In this document: positions 28,241 through 38,003 of the stretch, piece after piece | Numbering within the stretch: the first letter of the stretch is position 1 | Layout of the letters: each line of letters begins with the position of its first letter | From: an uncultured Acidobacteriota bacterium | GTDB lineage: Bacteria; Acidobacteriota; Thermoanaerobaculia; UBA5066; Gp7-AA6 | DNA length: 64,000 nt | NCBI GenBank assembly: GCA_963782585.1 | Contig: CAWAKL010000009.1 | Coordinates: 9,533-73,532 of the forward strand | Reading direction: 5' to 3' | Made by a program: the position numbers and the translations under genes | Notes under the pieces: model-generated | Seen by the model: the letters and a program-made list of their open reading frames with translations, nothing else | What the model was told of the DNA's origin: nothing | The model's database searches: none

Positions 28241-30817
28241 CCCCTCCACCAGATAGAGCGCCGAGGCGATGCCCCAGGCGCCGTAGACGTAGCCCTGACC
28301 ATCGGGCGTGAGGCGCACGGAGAATCTCGTGAGGGACTCGTCGATCGGGATCACCTTCCAGGGCCGCCTCTCGGACGTCTCGACATCGTAGAGCTCGACT
28401 TTGATCCCGCGGTTCACGTGCGAGTAGACGTACAGCGAGCGCGAGTCGGCGCTCCACTGCGCGGGACGTTCCTTTGGAGACGAGAGTCCCGGGAGCTCGC
28501 GCGGCTCGCCGGAGCCGTCGAGGGAGAACACGACCAGCTTGCCCGCTCGAACCCCGACCGCGCGCCGGCCGTCGCGAGAAATCGGGCTCAGCCACTGCTG
28601 GAAGGAAACACCGGGCGGGCCGACCGGCCGCGGCTCTCCGCCGGCCGCGTCGACGATGTAGATGCGGTTCGGCTGCCCGGCGGCGCTCGCCTCGAACGCG
28701 ATCCGGGAGCCGTCCGGCGTAAAGGCTCCCGTGGCGACGTCGAGCCCTTCGAAACCCAGGGCTCTCGCCTGACCGACGCCCGTCGGAACGACGAACAGCT
28801 TTCGCGTCCCGCCCTCCTCTCGCCTGGCCAGCGCCCACTTCTTGTCGTTTGAAAGCGCGATCGCCTCGCCCTCCGCAATCCTCACGGCCGGCGCGCCGTC
28901 GGTCGTTCGAAGGTAGATCTCGGGATGATCTCCCGCTCCTTCCCCATCCTCGGTGATGAGGACCATGGTGCCGTCCGTCGAGAGATCTGCCGGTCGCGAG
29001 CTGTCCAGCCAGGCCAGATCGACTTCGGATTCCTGGCCGGGGACGAGGCCGCGCAGGACACGGGTGATCGTGTGGTGCGCGAGAAGCGCCCGCCCGTCTT
29101 TTGAAACGTCGTAGAGCTCGAGGCTGCCCGGAATCCGTACGAGCTGGCGGAGCTGCCCGGACCGGCGGAGCGCCCACAACGACTCCGTCCCTCTGGTCCG
29201 AGAACCGGTAAACCAGAGCTCGCGGCCGTCGGCGGCCCAGCACGGTGCGCCCTCCGCCGTCTTCCAGCCGGCAGAAAGGACCTCCTCACGCTTGCCGAGG
29301 CGGTCGACGACGGAGAGCCTGCCCTCTCCACCCTCGACCTTCCAGAAGGCAATCTCGCGCCCGTCCGGGGAGAAGCGCGGGCCGAAGGTCTGACCGGGGA
29401 CGAGCATCTTCCCGACCGGGAACTCGAGTTGTCGCTTGCCCTCGAGTTGGCGCACGACGGCGAGCTCGCTTCCGCTCGTCGGGTCCCAGTCCGCGGATCC
29501 CCAGATTACGTCCTCGACGAGGGGCCGCGGAGCGCCGCCGCCAATCGGAACGACAGCGAGCGTGCCGACGGCGCCGACTTTCCCTTCCGCCCCCCAGATC
29601 GCAAGATCGCCGGACTTCGAGATGGACAGGATGTCTCCCGAGAAAGTCGAAGGGCTTGGACTGCACGCTTTCCGGACGGGTCAGGAACAGGTGCGTTCGG
29701 AGTCGTTCCGGAGTCGTGAACGCCGTAGACAACTTCTCCGCTCGGCGCGAAGCGCGCGTTCCCGAGGCTCGCCGCGCGAAAGCTCAGGCGGCGGAACGAA
29801 GGCGCGGCCGCGACTCGCGACCCGAAGGCTTTCGCGACGAGCCACCCCGCGAGGCCGGCGCCAACGGCCAGAGCGAGACGCCGCGCGACCCAGCCGGACA
29901 CGCGTACGCCTCCGGGCCGGCGAGACCAGGAGCGTCTCGCCGCCGGAAGTCGCTTCCGAAAGGTGGTCGCGAAGGCCCGACAGATCCCGCGCGAGGTCCC
30001 GCGTCGAGGCGTAACGCTCCTCGCGGTCCTTGGCCAGGCAGCGCTCGAGGACCCAGCGGACGGGCAGCGGCAGATCCGGGCGAAGCCGGCTCGCCGGCTC
30101 GGGCTCCTCGCGAATGATCGCCGACATGGTCTCGGCCGCCGTCTTCCGCTGGAAGGGTTGGCGGCCCGTGAGCATCTCGTAGAGCAGGGACCCGAGAGAG
30201 AACTGATCGGATCGGTAGTCGACCGGCTCGCCCGACGCCTGCTCCGGCGACATGTAGCCGACCGTGCCCATGACGGTGCCGGGGCGCGTATGCGGCTGGG
30301 CGGCGGTCGGCATCGCGGAGTCGCCGCTCGCGCCGGTCTCCATCAGCTTCGCGAGGCCGAAGTCGAGGATCTTCACGAAACCGTCGCGGGAGACCATCAC
30401 GTTTTCCGGCTTGAGGTCCCGGTGCACGATCCCGGCGTCGTGCGCCTTCGCGAGTCCTTCCGAGACCTGCGCGGCCACGTTGAGGACCTTTTTCACGGGC
30501 AACGGACCGGACACCGAGAGCTCGCGCAGGGTCTTGCCGTCGACGAGCTCCATGGCCACGAACGTGGTCTCTCCGTCGCGGCCGATCTCGTGGATCGTGA
30601 CGATGTTGGGATGGTTGAGCGCCGAGGCGGCACGGGCCTCCCCCTCGAAACGAGAAATCCGCTCACGATCTGCAGAGAGCGCTTCGGGAAGGACCTTCAG
30701 CGCGACTTCGCGGCCGAGGCGCGTATCGCGTGCCCGGTAGACCTCTCCCATTCCGCCGGCCCCGAGAGGGCCGAGCACTTCGAAGCCCCCGAGTCGGCTA
30801 CCGGCCGATATCGTCAT
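28232..30817 (-). pseudogene. Ser/Thr protein kinase - TM - PD40/TolB-like beta-propeller protein, interrupted by about three frameshifts between 29640 and 29960
   Basis: The kinase domain is intact in 29681..30817 (GAGGMGEVYRARD, HRDLKPENVM, DFGLAK, GTVGYMSPEQ). The TM plus FRRLSF...ARFAPSGEVVYG lies in frame 29506..29901. THLFLTRPESVQSKPFDF lies in a third frame. SGDILSISKSGDLAIWG... through the propeller lies in the 28232..29455 frame. An intact paralog is at 56176..58875. Confidence 0.7.
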
Positions 30818-30861
30818 GCCGTCGGAGCCGTGACGCTAATCGGCGCGAACTCTTCGACGGA

Positions 30862-32793
30862 CTAAGGACATGTCGCAAACGCGTCGGTGTCCTGAACCGG
30901 CGCGAACGGGGTTCCCAGGGGATTGCTGTACGGCTTGCTCGCGCCGTTCGAGGTGTCAGTGACCTGGAGAGCCACCTCCACGTTCGTCAGCCCCGCGGCG
31001 AACACCCAGTAACGCTGATTGAGACCGCAGGCGCGGAGCACCTTGATGACGATCTCGATATTGTCCTCGTTGAAGAAATAGAAGTACCCGGCGTCGTCGG
31101 TCAGCTCGGTGCCGATCGCGTTGCCGGTCTGGCCCTGGTTCGTGCGGAACGTCGCTGAAATCGCGAAGCGGTCGTTGTTCAGGCAGAGCGTCGTGGGCGA
31201 AGCTGTGCAGCCGCCCGTGCCCGAGCCCACGGTCACGGTCTTCGTGACCCGGCTTCCGCCGTTGAGGTTTCCGGCATACATGTCGACCGTGTACGTGCCC
31301 GGAGCGTTGTAGGTGTGCGTCGGGTTCCGGCTCCTCGAAACGTTCGACGAGGATGCGGACTCGCCGAAGAACCAGACCCAGCCGGTCGGCGAATTGGTCG
31401 AGGTGTCGGTGAACGTGACCAGTTCACCGGCCGTTGGAGAAGCGCTGACGTTGAAGTTGGCCACCGGAGCCGGCCCGGGCGCCGCCGTGCCGTAATAGAA
31501 CTGCATCGCCTGGATGTCGTCGGCCTGCGGCGTCACCTTCGAAGGGGTGTGCGCCTGCGAATTCATGACGGCCTGTTCCCATTGCGTCGAGGTCGTCTGA
31601 CTGTGGATGCTCTGAAACTGATTGGGATGGTTGAGGCCCAGCACGTGCCCGAGCTCGTGCATGAGAATCTCGGTGAACTCGCTCGTCGGATAGTCGCAGG
31701 TCCAGCGCCGCATGGAGACCCTTCCGGTGGTCGCGGCATAGTAGGGAGTAATGCCCCGATAGTTGTGGGCGCCCCCCTGCGTCTGCGGACCTCCGATGCC
31801 GACGGCACCGCCGCCGTTGCAGTTGTAGGGGGTCGACCACGCCGTGCCGTTGTGCGGGGTGTCCCGGTCGAGCAGGATCTCGACCGCGGCCGGAGTCGTC
31901 GGACCGCTGATGCGAATGTCGGTGCCGGCGATGCCGTGCCATTGGTCCGCGATGTAGTCGGTCAGGCAGGCCTGATCGACGCCGCAGAAGCCGGTGTTCG
32001 AGACCAGGCGGGTCTGCGTGCCGGTCAGCGAGAGGGTGGCGTCGGGTGAGTCGCCGTTGTCCCAGAACCAGCGGAAGAGGCAGTTCTGTCCGCCGCAGTT
32101 TCCGGGCTCCACACCGCCCAGGTTCCCGAACTTCTGACGCACGCCCCGCGTGACCGGCACGAGCTCGCCTCTCGGCCGCGCGTAGGCGACCCGGCCGAGC
32201 TCACGCCCCGTCCGCAGCGCGCGCAGGGCCGCGACGAACGAGTCGCCGTCGCGGGCGGCGACGGACGAGCCGGGCGCCGCGGCGGCCACGATCCGAGTGT
32301 CCTGTTTGGAGAGCCGCAGATCCTCTTCGGCGCCGAAGACCGGCCGCACCGCAAAGCGCCGCCCTTGCTCGTCGGTCGCCAGGTCGAACTTCGAGAGGCC
32401 GAACTCCGAGAGGCCGAATTCCCCGGAGCCGCTCGGAAGCGGGTTGAGCATCAGCAGGACTTCCTGCGACTCTTCGAAGGCCGGCGCACCCGCGACCGCC
32501 CACGCGAAATCACCGACGACGCCTCCCGGAATCACGACATGGAAGGTTTCGCCTATGTCGCCCCGGAACGTCTCGAGCCGGCGGAGCGTGACGACCGTGA
32601 AGGGCAGATCGTCCCCGCCGTCCCGATCCAGGCGAACCGCAATGTCGACGACCTCCGCGTGCACCACGACCTTTGACGTGCGCACGAGGTCCGCGTCGGA
32701 CATGGGAAAGTAGGTGGCGGCACCCAGGGCGAGCGCGTAGAGAGAGCCGATGGCGGCGAGAATGACCCGGCGGGCATCGGAACGAGACGGCAT
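30862..32793 (-). CDS. Secreted zinc metalloprotease (HExxHxxGxxH, metzincin-like) with PKD domain and conserved C-terminal beta domain
   Basis: ATG at 32793 follows GGGAGG. Contains ILMHELGHVLGLNHP. The PKD-like part reads ANFNVSASPTAGELVTFTDTS...HTYNAPGTYTVDMYA. The C-terminal part reads CLNNDRFAISATFRTNQGQTG...YFYFFNEDNIEIVIKVL. Confidence 0.8.
   Translation of the reverse strand: MPSRSDARRVILAAIGSLYALALGAATYFPMSDADLVRTSKVVVHAEVVDIAVRLDRDGGDDLPFTVVTLRRLETFRGDIGETFHVVIPGGVVGDFAWAVAGAPAFEESQEVLLMLNPLPSGSGEFGLSEFGLSKFDLATDEQGRRFAVRPVFGAEEDLRLSKQDTRIVAAAAPGSSVAARDGDSFVAALRALRTGRELGRVAYARPRGELVPVTRGVRQKFGNLGGVEPGNCGGQNCLFRWFWDNGDSPDATLSLTGTQTRLVSNTGFCGVDQACLTDYIADQWHGIAGTDIRISGPTTPAAVEILLDRDTPHNGTAWSTPYNCNGGGAVGIGGPQTQGGAHNYRGITPYYAATTGRVSMRRWTCDYPTSEFTEILMHELGHVLGLNHPNQFQSIHSQTTSTQWEQAVMNSQAHTPSKVTPQADDIQAMQFYYGTAAPGPAPVANFNVSASPTAGELVTFTDTSTNSPTGWVWFFGESASSSNVSRSRNPTHTYNAPGTYTVDMYAGNLNGGSRVTKTVTVGSGTGGCTASPTTLCLNNDRFAISATFRTNQGQTGNAIGTELTDDAGYFYFFNEDNIEIVIKVLRACGLNQRYWVFAAGLTNVEVALQVTDTSNGASKPYSNPLGTPFAPVQDTDAFATCP
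32386..32430. repeat. 15-bp tandem repeat, two good copies plus a degenerate third, in frame inside the metalloprotease gene (GSGEF-GLSEF-GLSKF)
   Basis: gaacttcgagaggcc / gaactccgagaggcc / gaattccccggagcc, read directly from the sequence. Confidence 0.6.
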
Positions 32794-32872
32794 GGAACCT
32801 CCCGTTTGTTCGCGAAGCATACGCCGGACAGGGCCCTGTGGGAAACTCGCAGCGCCCGTGACCAAGCCGCGG

Positions 32873-33334
32873 ATGCCGGCCGCCTACCTCGCGATCATCG
32901 TCTTCAAGTACGCGAAGCTCGCCGCGTTCCTCGTCCTCGGGGTGGCCGCTTTGCGCTACGCGCGCCTGCCGGCCGGGTCGCTCGCGGAGGAGGCGGCCCA
33001 GCTTCTCGGGGCGCATGCGAGGAATCCTCTCGTCCAGAGCCTCGCTTCCGCGCTCTCGGTCCTGACTCAGGGGGAAATCCGGACGATCGGCTCGGCGTCG
33101 ATTCTCCTCGGACTCGTGTTCGGAACCGAAGGGACGCTGCTCGCCCTGCGGGTCTGGTGGGCGCCGTACCTCACCGTCGTCCTGACGGCGCTGGGCCTGC
33201 CGGTCGAGCTTTTCGAAATCGCCCGCCACCCGGCGAGCCTGCAGGATTACCTGTTGTTCGCGGCCAACGTCGCGATCCTCGTCTACCTCTGGCGGCGGAA
33301 GGACGACTTCAGGCCGGCGGCGCGGGAGGCTTGA
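32873..33334 (+). CDS. DUF2127-like small membrane protein
   Basis: ATG at 32873. MPAAYLAIIVFKYAKLAAFLVLGVAALRYARL... has four hydrophobic helices. No obvious SD, so the start is uncertain. Confidence 0.55.
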   Translation: MPAAYLAIIVFKYAKLAAFLVLGVAALRYARLPAGSLAEEAAQLLGAHARNPLVQSLASALSVLTQGEIRTIGSASILLGLVFGTEGTLLALRVWWAPYLTVVLTALGLPVELFEIARHPASLQDYLLFAANVAILVYLWRRKDDFRPAAREA

Positions 33335-33986
33335 CGTCCGGGAAGCGCTTCGAAAGCCAGGCCTCGACTTCCTCGGGGTGGTAGCCGAAGGGGCCGGGCT
33401 CGCCCTTGTAGACGATCGTCCCCGACTCGTCGAGGATGTAGAAGCGCTCGGGCCAGCCGGCGTAGGCGGCGTTCGCCGGGTTCTCGATCGGGTCGACGAG
33501 AAGCGGGAGCTCGTAGCGGAAGCGCTTGACGAAGTCGTTCGCGATCTTCGTGCGCTCGTCGAGCGTCGTCGGCTGCGGGTAGCAGACGTCCTCCTTCTCG
33601 TTCGAGTCCATCTGCCATTCGTCGAGCGGGTGGGCTTCCTTGATGTAGAGCGTCAAAAACTGCGCGTGGCCGCCGTACGTCTTGTGCAGGCCGTGCAGCC
33701 GCTCGACCGAGCGACGGAACGGAGGTCAGGTGAAGCTGCCGAAGACGAGAACGGTCGGCTTGCTGGCGCCGAGCCGCTCGGAGAGTTTGACCGGCGTCTT
33801 CCCGTCCAGCTCGAGCAGCGTCACGTCCGGCGCGCGATCGCCGACTTTGAGCGTTCCCTCCTCGCGCTGGTCGTAGCGGATCATCCCGATCAGGTTGCGC
33901 GGGCCGCCGACCATGTAGGTGAACCCGGCGAGCGCCAGGACGAGCAGACATCCCACCCCGATGAGGAGCTTCTTCCAGAGCTTCAT
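33309..33986 (-). CDS. Membrane-anchored iodothyronine-deiodinase-like thioredoxin-fold protein with in-frame UGA (probable selenocysteine) at 33728-33726
   Basis: Track ORFs 33726..33986 and 33309..33656 share one frame, and the only break is a TGA. The read-through product is MKLWKKLLIGVGCLLVLALAGF...KPTVLVFGSFT-U-PPFRRSVERLHGLHKTYGGHAQFLTLYIKEAHPLDEWQMD... This matches the deiodinase active-site pattern FGSxT-U-PPF ... YIxEAHPxDxW. Confidence 0.8.
33698..33715 (-). promoter_or_regulatory. Candidate bacterial SECIS stem-loop 3' of the in-frame UGA
   Basis: On the mRNA: UGA + 10 nt, then g-u-CGCUC [GGUC] GAGCG-g-c. That is 5 Watson-Crick pairs plus G.U and G-C extensions, with the GGUC tetraloop at +18..+21 after the UGA (33708-33705). 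Confidence 0.6.
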
Positions 33987-33998
33987 GGACCCGGAATC

Positions 33999-35027
33999 TT
34001 AAGGCTTTCCCGCCTTCGGCAGGCGCGCCTTCGGAATCTTGACGAGAACCGTGTAGAGGGGATCCACGATTTCGATCACCGGAGCGACGGCGTTCTGCGA
34101 GACGAACTGGTAGGCGTCGAGCATCGATAGTCCGGTCTTCTCCATGACCCACTGGACCATGTCCTTGAAGGCGATCCGCGCCGCGTCCTCGAGCGGCCGG
34201 GCGGCGCCGAGCGACATGATCCACTCCGCGTTCTCGATCCTGGGCCACGGCGTCTCTTTGCCCTTGATGAGGTCCACCGTGAGCTGCACGTTCATCGCGC
34301 CCTCGACGGCCGTGCCGATGATCTCGCCGTCCCCCTGCGCGTAGTGACCGTCGCCGAAGGAGAGGAGCCCGCCGGGGACGCGTACGCCGAGGTAGACCGT
34401 GTTGCCGGCGCGGACTTCCTGGCAATCCATGTTGCCCCCGAAGTTGTCGGGCACGATGGTCGAGCGCGCCTCGCCGTGCGCCGGCGCTACGCCGAGGCCG
34501 CCGAGAAACGGAGCGAGAGGGACCTCCCAGGTGTGCTTGCCGTCGGTCGACTTCGTCCGGGCCACGTTCTTCGCGCGGTCGACTTCGTACCACCAGACCG
34601 TCTCCGGCAGGTCGGGCTGGAGGATGGCGGTGCGGTCGGTTCCGTTCAGCGCGCCGAAGCCCGGGAAGAGCGACGAGATTCCGTAGTCCCGCGCGGGCTC
34701 GAGTGTCTCGAGGTGGATCGCGAGGGTGTCGCCGGGGACCGCGCCCTCGACGTAGAAGGGGCCGGTCTGGGGGTTCTCGTGTCCCGCGGGCTGAACCTTG
34801 CTCGGGAGCTGCCCCGGCTTCGTGACGGCGCCGTCGTAGCAGTCCTCGGTCCACGTGATGATGCGCGTTCCCGGCGCGATGCGGCGTACGGGCGCATGTC
34901 CTCCGTAGGTGTACTTGAGCTCCTCGTGCTTCGGCACGTACCGGAGAACCGGGCGCTCCTGCGCCGCCGCGGCCGTCGCCATCGCGCCCGCCGCGCAGAG
35001 GATCGTCGCCCTCGCCGTCCATCCCAT
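33999..35027 (-). CDS. Acetamidase/formamidase family amidohydrolase
   Basis: 342 aa. ATG is preceded by AGGAGG. Contains GPFYVEGAVPGDTLAIHL, GGNMDCQEVRAGNTVYLGVRVPGGLLSFGDGHYAQGDGEI. Ends 12 nt upstream of the deiodinase-like gene. Confidence 0.88.
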   Translation of the reverse strand: MGWTARATILCAAGAMATAAAAQERPVLRYVPKHEELKYTYGGHAPVRRIAPGTRIITWTEDCYDGAVTKPGQLPSKVQPAGHENPQTGPFYVEGAVPGDTLAIHLETLEPARDYGISSLFPGFGALNGTDRTAILQPDLPETVWWYEVDRAKNVARTKSTDGKHTWEVPLAPFLGGLGVAPAHGEARSTIVPDNFGGNMDCQEVRAGNTVYLGVRVPGGLLSFGDGHYAQGDGEIIGTAVEGAMNVQLTVDLIKGKETPWPRIENAEWIMSLGAARPLEDAARIAFKDMVQWVMEKTGLSMLDAYQFVSQNAVAPVIEIVDPLYTVLVKIPKARLPKAGKP

Positions 35028-35044
35028 CGCTGACCTCCTGCTGT

Positions 35045-35060
35045 TAATCTACTAATCTAT
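35045..35060. promoter_or_regulatory. AT-rich tandem octamer TAATCTAC-TAATCTAT in the divergent intergenic region (candidate -10 elements or operator)
   Basis: This is the only AT-rich patch between the formamidase start (35027, minus) and the 35103 plus-strand gene. TAATCT on plus and TAGATT on minus resemble -10 hexamers. Confidence 0.3.
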
Positions 35061-35102
35061 CGCCTCGACAACCGATCGCTCACCCTGTACACGGGAGCAC
35101 AG

Positions 35103-37875
35103 ATGCCATCGACCAGTCTGACCCGAGCGATGCGAGCCCTCCTCGCTGCCCTCCTCTTCACGCCGATGGGGCTGCGGGCCGCCGAAACCGGGACGTTTCA
35201 GAAGTCCGTGGCTTCCATCATGGCGAGCCCGGAGAGCTCTGGTCCGAGACTTTCGCCTCCCCGCCTGGCCGCTCCTCGCCGCCACCTGGGCGACCGCCCG
35301 GATTCGCCGCGGACGGCCGGCTTCCCCGGCGGCTCCGAGTCCGCCGCGCCGGGAGCGCCCGCCGCTCCGCAAGCCCTGGGCGTCAACTACCTCGCCGCCA
35401 CGCTCGCCGACACGGACGCGTTTCCCCCGGACACCTCGGGCGCCGCGGGACCGACGCAGTTTCTCGTCGGCCTGAACGGCCGGATCCGGACCTTCGCGAA
35501 AGACACCGGCGTCGCCGACGGCGTGCTGAACGCGAGCATGGACCTTTTCTTCGACTCCGTGCGCAACGGCAATCCGACCGGCGCGCCGCGCGTTCGTTAC
35601 GACCGGCTCTCCTCGCGCTGGATGGTCACGATCGGCAACTTCAACGCCTCGTTCACCAACAACCGGATGCTGCTCGCCGTCTCCGACGCGGCGTCCGCGG
35701 GCGTCATCTCGAACACGACCGTCTGGACGTACTTCTTCTTCCAGCACAACCTCGTGTCGCCGGCTGGCGATACGGACCTCTTCTTCGACTCCCCCTCGCT
35801 CGGGGTCGACGCGAACGCCCTGACGATCGGAGGCAACCTCTTCAACGCGGCCGGCGGGTATCTGGGCACGAGCGTGCACGTCGTCCGCAAGAGCCGCGCC
35901 CTGTCGGGGCCGGGCGGCGACCTCGTGCCATCCGGCGACGTCGTCGCGTTCCGCAACCTGACGACGACACCCGCGGGAGAAGGACCGTACTCCCCCCAGG
36001 GAGTCGACGACCTCCACGACGCGCGCCGCCACCGAGTCGTGGATCGCGGGCGTCGAGAACGCGGGCTTCGGCGCGCTCAGCTTCCGCCGGATCACGTTCG
36101 CCTCGACCGGGGCGTGGCCTCCCTCGGGGATCTCCGCCAATCTGCCCCTGACGGTGCCCGCGACGTCGGTTCCGCTGACCGTGCCCCACCAGGGGAACGT
36201 CTTCGGGGTCGACGGCGAGCTCGACGCCATCGACGACCGCCTCTCCGCCGCGAGCCTGCGCGACGGACAGCTCTGGACCGCGCACAACATCTCGGTGGGC
36301 TCGGGAGGCGTCTCGCCCGGCGACCGGAACGGATCCCGCTGGTACGAGATCGACCTGTCCTCCGGCACTCCCGTGCTCACGCAGTCGGGAACGCTCTTCG
36401 ACACGGCGGTGACGAACCCTCGCTTCTACTGGATCCCCGCGATCGCGGCCTCGGGACAGGGCCACGCCGCGATCGGCACGAGCGCGTCCGGGGCGACCCA
36501 GCGGATCAACGCCGCGACCGCCGGGCGCCTCGCGACCGACGCGCCCGGCACGCTGGGGACCCCGACGCTCTACACGACGACCACGTTCGCCTACAACCCC
36601 GCGGGCGACCCGGGCCCCACGCGCCGCTGGGGCGACTACTCGTTCACGGCCGTCGATCCTTCCGACGACATGACGATGTGGACGATCCAGCAGTACTGCA
36701 ACGCGGCGGACTCCTATGGCGTCCGTGTGGTCGAGATCCTCGCGCCGCCGCCGGCGTCCTTCGGGACGGCCGCACCGAACACCGTGGTTTCGGGACAGCT
36801 TTCGGTCGACGTCGTCATCACCGGAACCTCCTCCGCGGGTTCCGGGTACTTCGATCCGGGAGCGGGCTTCCCCAACCGACTGGCGGCCTCGGTCTCGGGA
36901 GGAGTCACCGTCAACTCCGTGACCTACACGAGCCCGACGTCGGTCACTCTCGACCTCGACACGACCGCCGCGGCCGCCGGCCCCGTCACCGTGACGATCA
37001 CGAACCCCGACGGCCAGTCGGCGACGAGCGCCTCGGGATTTTTGACCATCACGGCCGGATCGGGGCCGGGCGTCAGCGCGATCGCTCCGACGTCGGGCAC
37101 CGCCGCCGGTGGAACGCTCGCGACTCTGACCGGCACAAACTTCGTCGCCGGCGCCTCCGTGACGATCGGCGGCGTGGCGGCGACGGGCGTCCTCGTGACC
37201 TCCTCGACCACCGCGGACCTCACGACGCCGGCTCTCGCCGCGGGCGAGCTCCACGACGTCACGTTGACGAACGCCGACACGCAGAGCGGGACGCTGCTCG
37301 ACGGCTGGTTCGCCGACTTCCTCGACGTCCCGCAAGAAGACATCTTTCACTCCCATGTCGAGAAGCTCATTCGAAACGGCGTGACCGTGGGCTGCGGCGG
37401 CGGAAACTACTGCCGCAACGACTCCGTCACGCGCGCCCAGATGGCGGTCTTCCTGCTGAAGTCCGACCTCGGGTCGGCGTACATCCCGCCGGCGTGCACG
37501 GGCACGGTGTTCCCGGACGTGCCCTGCACGGGCGGGCTGTTCGATCCGTGGATCGAGGACCTCGCCAACCGCGGAATCACGAGCGGCTGCGGAGGCGGCC
37601 TCTACTGCCCGAACGACCCGGTGACGCGGGCACAGATGTCGGTTTTTCTGCTCAAGACGCTCGAGGGATCGGCCTACACGCCGCCGGCCTGCACGGGGAC
37701 GGTGTTCGACGACGTGCCCTGCACGGGAGGGATCTTCGATCCCTGGATCGAGGAACTGGCCGACCGGGGAATCACCGCGGGCTGCAGCGTCGTGCCGCCG
37801 CTCTTCTGCCCCGGAGATTCGAACACGCGCGGCGAGATGGCGGTGTTTTTGGTGCTGACGTTCAGCCTCCCCTAG
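35103..37875 (+). CDS. Large secreted protein: unrecognised N-terminal domain, IPT/TIG-like domains, three C-terminal Cys-rich SLH-like modules; one apparent frameshift near 36015-36030
   Basis: Frame 35103.. is protein-like up to ...EGPYSPQGVDDLHDA. The 36154..37875 frame is open and protein-like from AATESWIAGVENAGFGALSFRRITF... IPT-like part: VSAIAPTSGTAAGGTLATLTGTNFVAGASVTIGG. Modules occupy 37309-37872. Confidence 0.75.
37309..37872 (+). other. Three tandem Cys-rich SLH-like modules (protein-level repeat)
   Basis: The pattern F.DVP....F..(W)IE.L...G(I/V)T.GCGGG.YCP...VTRAQM.VFLLK occurs three times, joined by linkers of the form G.AY.PP.CTG. Confidence 0.7.
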
Positions 37876-37894
37876 GCGGAGTCACTCTCCGGTC

Positions 37895-37991
37895 GTAGGG
37901 GCGGCCCTTGTGGCCGCCCCCTCGGATGCTCATCAGGGGCGGTCCGCTTTTCGGATCGGCGAGAGGGGGCAGGGGCAAGCCCCGCCCCTAC
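37895..37991. repeat. REP-like palindromic element between convergent genes: flanking inverted repeat GTAGGGGCGG / CCGCCCCTAC enclosing three GC hairpins
   Basis: ggggcggcc-cttgt-ggccgcccc (37898-37920, perfect 9 bp); ggtccg-ctttt-cggatc (37941-37957); ggggc-a-ggggc-aa-gcccc-gcccc (~37966-37988). Confidence 0.5.
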
Positions 37992-38003
37992 GTCAAGCCC
38001 GGA

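Noticed and set aside
33309-33656. The 115-aa ORF (TTG start, MTLYIKEAHP...) as an independent gene
   Set aside because: It starts in the middle of a thioredoxin/deiodinase fold and is in frame with the upstream ORF across a single UGA. It is better explained as the C-terminal part of one Sec-containing protein.
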